Source: Acidimicrobiia bacterium
Lineage (GTDB): Bacteria; Actinomycetota; Acidimicrobiia; Acidimicrobiales; Hopanoidiivorantaceae
DNA length: 53,445 nucleotides
Reading direction: 5' to 3'
Assembly: GCA_020027305.1 (NCBI GenBank)
Contig: JAHRAM010000008.1
Span: forward strand, 1-53,445
Position numbers and translations under genes: made by a program. The notes under the pieces are model-generated. The model was not told where the DNA came from. It did no database searches and was given only the letters and a program-made list of their open reading frames with translations. This document shows, one piece after another, positions 45,089 through 53,445 of the stretch (positions within the stretch are counted from its first letter, which is position 1; each line of letters opens with the position of its first letter).

Positions 45089-46087
45089 TCAAATCGTTTT
45101 CAAAACAAACTTTCCCGTTTGAAGCCCCTCTAAATCAACTGACACAAATTTATAGCCAGCTGCTCGAACTGCTTCAACAATTGCATTGCGGTTTTCAAGA
45201 ACGGAAGCAAGCTCTTCATCTGCGATTTCTATTCTGGCGGTATCTCCGTGGTGGCGAACTCTTAAATTCCTATAGCCCAAATCTTTCAGCGAGGTTTCGG
45301 CGACATCAATCTGTGCTAGCACATCGTGTGTTACTTTTGTGCCGAAGGGGATTCGAGAAGCTAGGCAAGGCTCAGCTGGCTTATCCCAAGTTTCTAATCC
45401 TAGCTCTTTGGAAATTTCTCTCACATCTTGCTTAGAAAGTTCAGCTTCTAAGAAAGGAAATTTAGCCCCTCTTTCTTTGGCGGCATCAATTCCTGGGCGC
45501 CAGTCTGAAAGGTCGTCTGTATTTACCCCCAATAAGATATTTGGCATTACATTTGGCGATATATCTAGATCTTTTTGTAAGCCTCTTCTTTTCTTTTCTT
45601 TACCATTCTCAAATGTTTTGCCATGCCCGTTTTTTGTTTGTTTTGTTTGACAACCCCCTTTCACCGTTGCTATGCCCCTATTTTTTATATCGCTATTAAT
45701 TTCAGAGCTATAAATTTGTTCCCAGATAGCATCCATAAGGGCAGCTTTACACCAATAGCACCTGTCTTTATCGTTGCGTTGATATTTTTCGCGGTATTTT
45801 TCATCGTCAAGCTCACCAGTTTCAATTGGCATCCAGTTTAGCCCCCATTTTTTTGCGATATTTTCACAATGCGTCAACTCTCTTTTTGCTAAGGAAGGCG
45901 AAACAGCTGTAACGCAAATTGCCTGGCTGCCAAAAATATCAGTTGCAATTTTTGCAAGCAGTGAAGAATCCACCCCGCCTGAAAATGCTACAACCATTTT
46001 GTTGCTTGTGGAATCACCCAAAGCCATTAGCGCAACTTTTAACCGCTCAAGTTTGATACTATTTCTTATGCTCGCAGAATTTTTCAT
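45089..46087 (-). CDS. PP-loop ATP-utilising enzyme of the LarE/TIGR00268 type, with an internal basic insertion
   Basis: PP-loop VAFSGGVDSS, plus RCYWCK, GVNTDDLSDWRPG, EPCLASRIPFG and RVRHHGDTARIEI. An insertion of about 55 aa rich in K/G/N separates the two halves. Confidence 0.7.
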   Translation of the reverse strand: MKNSASIRNSIKLERLKVALMALGDSTSNKMVVAFSGGVDSSLLAKIATDIFGSQAICVTAVSPSLAKRELTHCENIAKKWGLNWMPIETGELDDEKYREKYQRNDKDRCYWCKAALMDAIWEQIYSSEINSDIKNRGIATVKGGCQTKQTKNGHGKTFENGKEKKRRGLQKDLDISPNVMPNILLGVNTDDLSDWRPGIDAAKERGAKFPFLEAELSKQDVREISKELGLETWDKPAEPCLASRIPFGTKVTHDVLAQIDVAETSLKDLGYRNLRVRHHGDTARIEIADEELASVLENRNAIVEAVRAAGYKFVSVDLEGLQTGKFVLKTI

Positions 46088-46272
46088 AGCTATAGCTTAA
46101 ATTAGTCAAATTCCCCACCTGCGCCATATTGTGTATATTTATAGTTACTCATATATTATGCCTTTATGCTTTCTAATCCAGTTTTCCACAGGAGTGATAT
46201 AGACATGAGCTAAAACCTTAAAATCCCTATTCTAATTTATTATTTTTTAACGTTTTTCCTAAAATTAAGCCT

Positions 46273-47556
46273 ATGAAACTATATGGAAAAATTACTGCAC
46301 TTGCACTTCTGGTGGGAGCTTTCTCACTTATAGCTGCAAGCTGCAATCATAACGACGACAGTTCTTCGTCAGGAACTACAACAACTGCGGCAAGAACTAC
46401 AACAACTGCGGCATCGCCCGCTACTGACATAGAATTTGAACTCGCAACCATTCTACCTGAGTCGGGAGATCTCGCATTTCTTGGTCCACCTATGATTCAG
46501 GCCGCTAGGTTAGCCGTGCAAGAAATTAATGATGCCAGTGCTGGCATTGAAATTATCTTCCTTCCAGGAGATAGCGGAACTATGCCCGCAATTGCTGGTG
46601 CTGTAGCCGATGCACACATTGCCGACAATGTCAGTGGAATTTTAGGTGCTGCTGCATCTGGCATTTCATTGTCGATTATCGACAAGGTAACTCAGGCTGG
46701 AATTGTTATGATTTCACCGTCTAACACATCGCCTACATTTACGGGCTATGATGATGGCGGATATTATTTTAGAACAGCTCCTTCAGATATTCTTCAAGGA
46801 CGTTTGCTGGCCGAGACACTTGTAGACGATGGACATAGTTCAGCAGTTGTGTTAAACCGTGCTGACGATTATGGTCGTCAACTAGCTGCTGCCACTAAAG
46901 ATGCTCTTGAATCAGCTGGTGGAAGCGCTACGGTGATTGAGTTTGATCCAGAGGCTGCCAGCTTTGAGGGTGAAGCTCAGCGGGTTGCTGCCTCAAACGC
47001 TGATGCTGTTGTTGTTATTGCTTTTGAAGAAGGCGTGAAGGTGCTTTCAGCGCTGTTTGAAAACAATGTTGCAGCTAACAAAATGTATATAACTGATGGT
47101 TTGGCTGTAGCTGATTTGGGTGAAAGAATTAACCCTCAGAACACAGGCGTTGTAGCAGGCATCACAGGTGTTGCACCATCAGCTGCTCCAGAAAGTGGAG
47201 AAGCAACATTTGAAAGTCGCTTCAGAGCATTTGCCCCAGAAGTAGAAAGCCTTATTTTCTCTTCAGCATCCTATGACGCAGTTGTCATTTTGGCACTCGC
47301 AGCTCTTGAAGCAAAGAGTGCAAAATCTAGTGATTATGTTGGATTCATAAACAACATCACCAAAGGTGGCGAAAAGTGTAATCGCTTTGCTGCCTGTGCT
47401 GCGCTTATTAACGCTGGAACAAATATTGACTATGATGGAGCCTCTGGGCCGCTGGAGTTTACAGACCCAGGTGAACCAGGTGCTGGCGTCTATGATATTT
47501 TTGCTTTCTCTTCAACAGGAGAAAGAAGTGTTTCGAAACAAGAAACTTTGAGCTAA
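46273..47556 (+). CDS. ABC-transporter substrate-binding lipoprotein (LivJ / branched-chain amino acid-binding family)
   Basis: Lipobox IAASC and a T-rich linker. The type I periplasmic binding fold sequence (PESGDLAFLGPPMIQAARLAVQEIN, GILGAAASG, YYFRTAPSD) matches that family. Confidence 0.82.
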   Translation: MKLYGKITALALLVGAFSLIAASCNHNDDSSSSGTTTTAARTTTTAASPATDIEFELATILPESGDLAFLGPPMIQAARLAVQEINDASAGIEIIFLPGDSGTMPAIAGAVADAHIADNVSGILGAAASGISLSIIDKVTQAGIVMISPSNTSPTFTGYDDGGYYFRTAPSDILQGRLLAETLVDDGHSSAVVLNRADDYGRQLAAATKDALESAGGSATVIEFDPEAASFEGEAQRVAASNADAVVVIAFEEGVKVLSALFENNVAANKMYITDGLAVADLGERINPQNTGVVAGITGVAPSAAPESGEATFESRFRAFAPEVESLIFSSASYDAVVILALAALEAKSAKSSDYVGFINNITKGGEKCNRFAACAALINAGTNIDYDGASGPLEFTDPGEPGAGVYDIFAFSSTGERSVSKQETLS

Positions 47557-47612
47557 CACATCAAAGATACGATTAAATAAAATCAATTAAATAAATAAAA
47601 TCAATTAAAAAG

Positions 47613-47650
47613 AGAGCGGCTTTGCTTAACGACAAGGCCGCTCTTTTTTG
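47613..47650 (+). terminator. Intrinsic terminator after the first binding-protein gene
   Basis: AGAGCGGC, then a 16-nt loop, then GCCGCTCT, followed by TTTTTTG. Confidence 0.7.
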
Positions 47651-47846
47651 TTTATCCCCTTCTATGGCATTTTGTCTACCATTTATTTTTAACACTTCTG
47701 TTTTTAAGTATGCCTTTGGCAAACTTTAATTCTTTAAAGCAAGCAAAATTTTCATAAATAAATTTATTAAAATATAAAAGATGGTTATTAAAAATTCTGG
47801 CGTTAGAAAAAAATTGTCTTCATATCGTATTGCAAGAATTTCAAAT

Positions 47847-49112
47847 ATGGGCAAAGTGGTTGCGTTGCTATTATTTGGCATAGTGGTTGCTGCTATACTA
47901 GCCAGCTGCAATCACTCTAAGCCAGTTGTGGCAGGTAGCAATTGCCAAGCGGCAGAACCGGGAACTATTCCTAGCACAAAACCAGGAGATTTTCAGATGG
48001 CAGCGATTATGCCACAAACTGGCGCACTGGCATATTTGAATGAACCGATGTCTAGAGGCGTGGAGTTTGCTGTGGAAGAAATCAATCAAGCCAACAAGGG
48101 AATTAACATCTCTTTACAATTTAGAGACAGCGGTGGTAGCCAAGAGATAACAAGCCAAGCTGCAGATAGCCTGATTTCTGATAATGTTGATGGAATAATT
48201 GCTGGAACCTCTTCTGGGGAATCGCTTTCAATACTAGACAAAGTAACTCAGGCTGAAATTGTTATGATTTCACCCCTTAATACTTCCCCAAATCTCACCA
48301 CTCAAGATGTGCGTGGTTATTACTTTAGAACCCTTGCAAGTGATTTGTTGCAGGGGCGATTAATCGCTGACCTCATTGTAGAAGATAGCTTTACATCTGC
48401 TGTTATTTTGAACCGAGCTGATGATTATGGGCGTCAATTGGCAAAACAAATCCGCCTTTCTTTAGAAGAAGATGGTGGAGAGGCTAGTGTGATTGAATAC
48501 GACCCCGACAAATCTGGGTTTCAAGGTGAAGCACAAAAAGCAAAGGCTACAAACGCACAAGCCTTAGTGCTGATTGCCTTTGATGAAGGGTTAAAAATGT
48601 TGCCTGAACTTATTGAAAATAACTTTGGCCCATCACAAACCTCCTATTATTTGACTGATGGGCTAACTATATCTAATTTAGGTGAGCGAATAGACCCTGA
48701 AAACCCAGGTGTAGTAAGTGGAATAACCTCTGTAGTTCCAGGGGCAGATGAAAGAGGCGACACTACATTTACTAGCCGTTTTAAGAACCGTTTTCCAAGT
48801 GTAGAGGGCGCATTTATTGTAAACAGCAATGATGCTGTCATTGTTTTGGCCCTTGCTGCCTTAAAAGCTGGAACTTCAGATCCGTCTAAATATGTTTGTG
48901 AGATAAATGAAGTTACAAGAGGCGGGCAACGTTGCACTCGATTTAGTGAATGCGCCGACCTTATTGCTGAAGGAAAAGACATTGATTACGATGGAGCGTC
49001 TGGGCCGTTGGAATTCACAGATGATGGCGAGCCGAGCGAAGCATTTTTTGATGTTTTTAAGTTTAATTCTGACGGAATTCGCGTAAAAATTGGGGGAAGA
49101 TTGCTAAATTAA
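47847..49112 (+). CDS. ABC-transporter substrate-binding lipoprotein (LivJ family), paralog of 46273-47556
   Basis: Clear paralogy (DKVTQAEIVMISPLNTSP, YYFRTLASDLLQGRL, LNRADDYGRQLA, IDYDGASGPLEFTD). The ATG at 47847 is preferred because it gives a normal lipoprotein signal (MGKVVALLLFGIVVAAILASC). The track start at 47781 is also possible. Confidence 0.82.
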   Translation: MGKVVALLLFGIVVAAILASCNHSKPVVAGSNCQAAEPGTIPSTKPGDFQMAAIMPQTGALAYLNEPMSRGVEFAVEEINQANKGINISLQFRDSGGSQEITSQAADSLISDNVDGIIAGTSSGESLSILDKVTQAEIVMISPLNTSPNLTTQDVRGYYFRTLASDLLQGRLIADLIVEDSFTSAVILNRADDYGRQLAKQIRLSLEEDGGEASVIEYDPDKSGFQGEAQKAKATNAQALVLIAFDEGLKMLPELIENNFGPSQTSYYLTDGLTISNLGERIDPENPGVVSGITSVVPGADERGDTTFTSRFKNRFPSVEGAFIVNSNDAVIVLALAALKAGTSDPSKYVCEINEVTRGGQRCTRFSECADLIAEGKDIDYDGASGPLEFTDDGEPSEAFFDVFKFNSDGIRVKIGGRLLN

Positions 49113-49200
49113 TGCTCTGTTGTAACACCCTAGGGAAATATTGAATTTCCTACTGAAAACCTCTTTATAAAAACTATCTAAAAATTTTAATAATAAAAAC

Positions 49201-49229
49201 TTGACAAATAGCACCGATTGGTGTATTTT
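49201..49229 (+). promoter_or_regulatory. Candidate sigma-70-type promoter for the 673-aa secreted protein gene
   Basis: TTGACA (49201-49206), a 17-nt spacer, then TATTTT (49224-49229, TAnnnT). It lies about 110 nt upstream of the ATG, which has a GGAGA RBS. Confidence 0.45.
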
Positions 49230-49340
49230 ATTAGTAAGCGGTGAAACTCGGTGATGATGGTTCTCCAGAAGTTTATCTAGAGTCTATCTATTTGAGAGTC
49301 ACTCCAAATAAAAAGAAAGAATCAAAAACTGGAGAAAGTT

Positions 49341-51362
49341 ATGAGAGCATTAAAGTCGGCATTTATAAATGTCAAAAAGAAATCAACAATTTCTATTGTT
49401 GCATCAGTTGCCATATTGAGCGCTGTGTTTATTTTGATTCCATCCAATACTGCGGTGGCACAAACCCCTAATACTACAACGCCAGCAACAACGGCAGCCG
49501 TTCGCTTGAATTGGTCTACGGGTTCAACACAAAATAACACGACTAACCCTGCCGTTTATACTGTTCAGTATGAATCGCGAAATTGTATAAACAATGTTTT
49601 GATTGGTGGAACCCTTCATGGGGCCGCTATCTCAGGTGAAGATGCTGTGCTTGGAGCAAATAATCAAGGCCACACAATTTTGACCACTCATGCGAATTTA
49701 AATCCTAGCTCAACAGATGGAAGAGGCGCTGAAGATTGTATATATATAATCACGGTTACGGCGAGTATGAATTGCTCATTTACAGTAACAGCAGGTACCA
49801 CAGCAGTTGGAGCTGCTACACAAGCATCTGCTGGCAATAACCCAACCCAACTTACATTTACCCTTCGTGGAAAGATAAGCACCGATGCTAATTTTTTCCA
49901 AACTAAAGTAGCTGACTTAAATAATGCAGCTGCTGGAACTTTACAATATGTTCATGCAAATGGAACATCAGGTGATGTAACAATATCTAACAATGCTGTT
50001 TCAATGAGCGCTCAAGCTTCTAGCTGTATAGCGCCATCTTCAGTGTCTGGTATTACAATTGCAAATGCAGAACCACTTGGCAGTTCAGAGATTTCGTTAA
50101 GCATCAACCCAAACAATAGATGCCAGCCACAGAATTCTAATCAGCTAACCCAAAATCTTCCAGCAGGTACGCCAAACAGGTTAATTCGTGTTTTAGTTGA
50201 TGCCTCTTGTACTTATACGATGACGGTTCAGTCGACAACAACTGGGGCAACTACTTCTTTTAGAGCTAGGTGTACAGCAGTAGCTGTTTTGTATGAAAGA
50301 AATGGCAACGCATTAAATGTATCTGTAATTAGAAGTTCAGACAACCCTACTGCTTTACGTATTAACGGTAATCAAGTGATTAGGGCAGCAGCTGTATCAG
50401 GCGCTTATATTGCTCAAGTAACGCTTATGCTCTCGGGGCAGTGCCCACGCACTAGAACGGTTAAGGTTCAATACGAGGTAACCGATAGCACAAATTCCAC
50501 AGCACGAAATACACCATTGAATGTTCAAATAACTCGGGCTTCAACTGCTGATAGTAGCTGTATTGCTGTGCCAAACACAATCAATCTAAGAGCAGCAACA
50601 GTTGATAGAGACAATATTGATAATTCAGTGGAGGTAACTTTAACTGAACGTCCAGTACTAGGAAGAACCTGTGCTTACGTATTCAAGTATCCACGAGTAT
50701 CAGGGGCATTGTCATTAGCTGCTGAGCCAGGACACAACTTTAAAACAGGAACAGGAACAAATACAAGAATTGTTCGTCCGCTAACAGGAGCTATTACTGG
50801 TAGAACAGGTGACCCACTAGATGGAGAACAAACTTTTATTGTCACAACTTTCTTATCTAACACCAGTGTGAGCTTTGTTTATGAATCTAGGCGGCTTCCA
50901 ATTACTGTGCGAACAACATTCCCAAGCGATGCTACTTTCACAACAAATGATGTAGTTACATATCGTATTGCTCTAGTTGGCAAATGCGCTAGGTATCCAG
51001 AAATCATTTCAAATGCATTGGGCGCACAGGGAGTCTTTAGACAGGTGCAGGTGTTTCCTGGAACAACATTAGTCTATGACCCCTCTCTTCAATCATTGAC
51101 AAGTTCAACTAGTCAAGCTGGGCCATCCTTAATAGAGGTTACGCCAATCGTGGTTGAGAACGGGCAGACTTTCCCCTGTGAAATTCAAGTATCTGAAACT
51201 GGAACTCCCAGTCACTGTACGGTCCAAGGAAATACTGGAACTGGAGGGACTCAGAAGATTACATTTGCAGAAGGGCTAACTAGCTTTGACTTTAGGTTCG
51301 ACCATGATTGTAGTGGTAAGACAACAAGTACTCGAGTTCCAAGCCGTGGCTTAACTGGATAA
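49341..51362 (+). CDS. Secreted T/S/N-rich protein of unknown function with 14 paired cysteines
   Basis: N-terminal signal peptide (KKKSTISIVASVAILSAVFILIPSNTAVA|QT). The composition is beta-strand-rich. Modules built around Cys pairs recur (CIYIITVTASMNCSFTV, CTYTMTVQ...CTAVAV, CAYVFKY, CEIQVSETGTPSHCTV). No sortase or lipobox signal. Confidence 0.8.
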   Translation: MRALKSAFINVKKKSTISIVASVAILSAVFILIPSNTAVAQTPNTTTPATTAAVRLNWSTGSTQNNTTNPAVYTVQYESRNCINNVLIGGTLHGAAISGEDAVLGANNQGHTILTTHANLNPSSTDGRGAEDCIYIITVTASMNCSFTVTAGTTAVGAATQASAGNNPTQLTFTLRGKISTDANFFQTKVADLNNAAAGTLQYVHANGTSGDVTISNNAVSMSAQASSCIAPSSVSGITIANAEPLGSSEISLSINPNNRCQPQNSNQLTQNLPAGTPNRLIRVLVDASCTYTMTVQSTTTGATTSFRARCTAVAVLYERNGNALNVSVIRSSDNPTALRINGNQVIRAAAVSGAYIAQVTLMLSGQCPRTRTVKVQYEVTDSTNSTARNTPLNVQITRASTADSSCIAVPNTINLRAATVDRDNIDNSVEVTLTERPVLGRTCAYVFKYPRVSGALSLAAEPGHNFKTGTGTNTRIVRPLTGAITGRTGDPLDGEQTFIVTTFLSNTSVSFVYESRRLPITVRTTFPSDATFTTNDVVTYRIALVGKCARYPEIISNALGAQGVFRQVQVFPGTTLVYDPSLQSLTSSTSQAGPSLIEVTPIVVENGQTFPCEIQVSETGTPSHCTVQGNTGTGGTQKITFAEGLTSFDFRFDHDCSGKTTSTRVPSRGLTG

Positions 51363-51425
51363 ACCACAACTAATAGAACTATTTTTTAGCGGGTCTCGCA
51401 ACCAACAAAAAGCAAACAATAAGTA

Positions 51426-51465
51426 AAGTGGGTAAGGCATAAAAACCTTACCCACTTTATTTTTA
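51426..51465 (+). terminator. Intrinsic terminator between the convergent secreted-protein gene and dnaB
   Basis: AAAGTGGGTAAGG, then a 7-nt loop, then CCTTACCCACTTT (a perfect 13-bp stem), followed by ATTTTTA. Confidence 0.75.
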
Positions 51466-51480
51466 CTTTAAATTAAGTCT

Positions 51481-53175
51481 TTAAATCAGGTCTTCGTCTT
51501 TGGAAGATTGATTGTTGGGATTGTTGCGTGATGGGCTGTTGTTTTTATTAGCCCCAAAAGATGAAGAGTCGCCACCTTCTAGATATTCGGGTGGAACCTG
51601 TTGATGGGAAGAAGCAGCATCTGAAAATCGAGTAGAGTTACCATCCCAGTGTAATTGAATGTTTCCAATTGGCCCAGAGCGATGTTTGGAAATGCTTACA
51701 TCAGTAATATTGTCTTGCTCAGCATTTTTGTCATAGATATCTCTATATAGAAACAACACTACATCAGCATCTTGTTCAATAGAACCAGATTCACGCAAGT
51801 CGGCAAGCACGGGTTGCTTATCACCTCGGTTTTCAACATTTCTAGATAGCTGACTCAAGGCAATTACTGGGCAATCAAGCTCTCTTGCTAAGATCTTTAG
51901 CCCGCGACTGATTTCGCTCACTTCAGCTTGACGGTTTTCAAATGCTCGCTTAGGTGAAGACATCAACTGTATATAGTCAACAAAGACTGCCCCTAGCTCA
52001 CCTACCTCTGAGCGAGTTCGAAGAGCTTTTGCGCGCATTTCCGTAACCGTGAGTGCTGGATTGTCATCAATGTGTAGTTCTGCTTCAACGAAGTTTTCCA
52101 TTCGGGCTACTAGAGTTTGCCACTCTTGTGCTGTTAGCTGGCCGTTTTGAAGTTTTTTGGTTCCAACCCTTGTTTGTTGTGCCACAACGCGTCGAGTAAT
52201 TTCAACGGAGCTCATCTCCATAGAGAAAAATAACACAGGCTTTGCTCTAGCAATGTTGCTTGCTATTTGTAGTGCAAAGCTAGTTTTTCCTTGTGAGGGG
52301 CGAGCGCCTACTACAATTAGGTTTTGTCGCTGAAGCCCAGAAAGTATTTCATCCAAGTCGATAAATCCAGTTGGCACCCCAGTTATTTGATTGCCTCTCG
52401 CAAATAGTTCTTCTAGCTCTCTTAGAAATTCATCATAGAGTTTGCCCAAGCTCATAATGCTTTTTGCCAGGCGTTCTTGGGTAGAGCTATAAATCAACCC
52501 TTCTGCTTCTGCAATTACATCATTAATTTCTCTTTCATGGTCTTCTGCCACGAGGTCGATTACAAGCTCAGCTGCTGTCTGGAGCTTTCGCCTCATATAG
52601 TGGTCTTTAATGATCTTTGCGTAGTCGCCCACATGTGTAGGGGCGGGGGAGCTCTGACGCATCTGCTGCAGGTCGCCTTTAGAAATTTTTGGTTTAAACC
52701 CAGTATCTTCATCTTCGTCTTCTTGTGTTTTTTCAAGGTAGTCACCTAGTGTTAAGATGTCAATATTTGTTCCTCTCCTAAACAGCTCCCTCATGGCTTT
52801 AAAAATTATTTGATGAGTTGGCTTAAAAAAGCATTCTGGATCTTTTATTTCTTCAAAACCTATAGCAACAGCATCGGGCGTGGTTAGCATTGCGCCAAGT
52901 AATGCTTCCTCAGCCTCAATACTATGTGGTCGATTTGTTGAATTTACTGGGGAACTGCCCGAATTGAATCCACCTCTTGATCCACCTCTAGACCCAAACC
53001 CATTTGAGCTGTCTAGATTAGAGCCAGAAGAAAATGAGCCCCTATCTTGAGAGTATTTAGCCTTTTGGGAGTAGTTGTTTTCAGAATTGGATTGGCTACT
53101 TTTATTTTTGAATTTGTCTTTTTCAGCGTTGTCTTCATCTTCGCTGCTTGGATTGTTTCTTTCTGTAATAGACAT
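51481..53175 (-). CDS. dnaB: Replicative DNA helicase DnaB, with low-complexity N- and C-terminal extensions
   Basis: HSIEAEEALLGAML N-domain start, Walker A GARPSQGKTSFAL, Walker B VFVDYIQLM, plus ALSQLSR and IEQDADVV. GGAGA RBS. Confidence 0.93.
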   Translation of the reverse strand: MSITERNNPSSEDEDNAEKDKFKNKSSQSNSENNYSQKAKYSQDRGSFSSGSNLDSSNGFGSRGGSRGGFNSGSSPVNSTNRPHSIEAEEALLGAMLTTPDAVAIGFEEIKDPECFFKPTHQIIFKAMRELFRRGTNIDILTLGDYLEKTQEDEDEDTGFKPKISKGDLQQMRQSSPAPTHVGDYAKIIKDHYMRRKLQTAAELVIDLVAEDHEREINDVIAEAEGLIYSSTQERLAKSIMSLGKLYDEFLRELEELFARGNQITGVPTGFIDLDEILSGLQRQNLIVVGARPSQGKTSFALQIASNIARAKPVLFFSMEMSSVEITRRVVAQQTRVGTKKLQNGQLTAQEWQTLVARMENFVEAELHIDDNPALTVTEMRAKALRTRSEVGELGAVFVDYIQLMSSPKRAFENRQAEVSEISRGLKILARELDCPVIALSQLSRNVENRGDKQPVLADLRESGSIEQDADVVLFLYRDIYDKNAEQDNITDVSISKHRSGPIGNIQLHWDGNSTRFSDAASSHQQVPPEYLEGGDSSSFGANKNNSPSRNNPNNQSSKDEDLI

Positions 53176-53445
53176 AGTTGTCTCCTTTGATAATTGAATA
53201 GTTAATATTTAAATTCGTTGAATCTAAATATTTGATATGTTGGCTCAGCTCTAAATTTTTTGCCAGCACCAAATTTTTGAAATATTTGATAGTCCAGCTT
53301 TTGATAGCTAAGGTTAAGCCGTTGATATTTTGATATATTGAAAGGTTCACAAAAAATGGTTGCATTTTATTTTTAATTATTTTTATCTGTTGTAACTGTT
53401 TTATTGTTTTAATTGTTGTTTGTTAATTTCCAAATAATTTCCAAA

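Noticed and set aside
49241-49471. A 76-aa ORF overlapping the start of the 673-aa gene, and the antisense ORF at 49322-49540.
   Set aside because: The long ORF has a GGAGA RBS and a canonical signal peptide. The short ORFs are out-of-frame shadows.
1-53445. CRISPR arrays, rRNA genes, transposases or IS elements, prophage genes, and recognisable defence-system genes.
   Set aside because: No regularly spaced repeats, rRNA-like sequence, DDE or serine/tyrosine recombinases, or phage structural genes were seen in any frame.

Overview
This 53.4-kb window is densely packed, with short spacers and many overlapping stop/start junctions, and is roughly 40% GC by eye. The gene content (a WhiB-family regulator, a split crcB pair, orn, nuo genes) points to a low-GC, streamlined member of the Actinomycetota. 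That taxonomic placement is inference only. All calls come from reading the ORF translations and the raw sequence; no database search or folding program was run.

Bases 1-19511 hold two respiratory complex I gene sets head to tail. The first is the distal part of a conventional operon (nuoG C-terminus through nuoN). The second is a complete, divergent 11-gene nuoABCDHIJKLMN set with no nuoEFG. Its nuoH copy carries an in-frame TGA. A COG1565/NDUFAF7(MidA)-like methyltransferase follows on the same strand.

The rest is a mixed housekeeping and accessory region:
- two tandem paralogous membrane proteins of unknown function
- a beta-class DNA methyltransferase abutting tRNA-Ala
- serS
- a Cys-rich lipoprotein with ten 37-residue repeats
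- crcB x2 and a CcdA/DsbD-like protein
- a WhiB7-like regulator with an AT-hook, preceded by a leader that looks like a uORF/terminator attenuator
- an MBL hydrolase, orn, dut, nadX, a LysM lipoprotein, tRNA-Lys and a 1-Cys peroxiredoxin
- three tandem PQQ-sugar-dehydrogenase-like lipoproteins next to a MacB/FtsX-type ABC exporter
- a GNAT, a LarE-like PP-loop enzyme and two LivJ-like binding lipoproteins
- a 673-aa secreted Cys-paired protein of unknown function
- dnaB

No CRISPR array, rRNA, transposase or integrase was seen.
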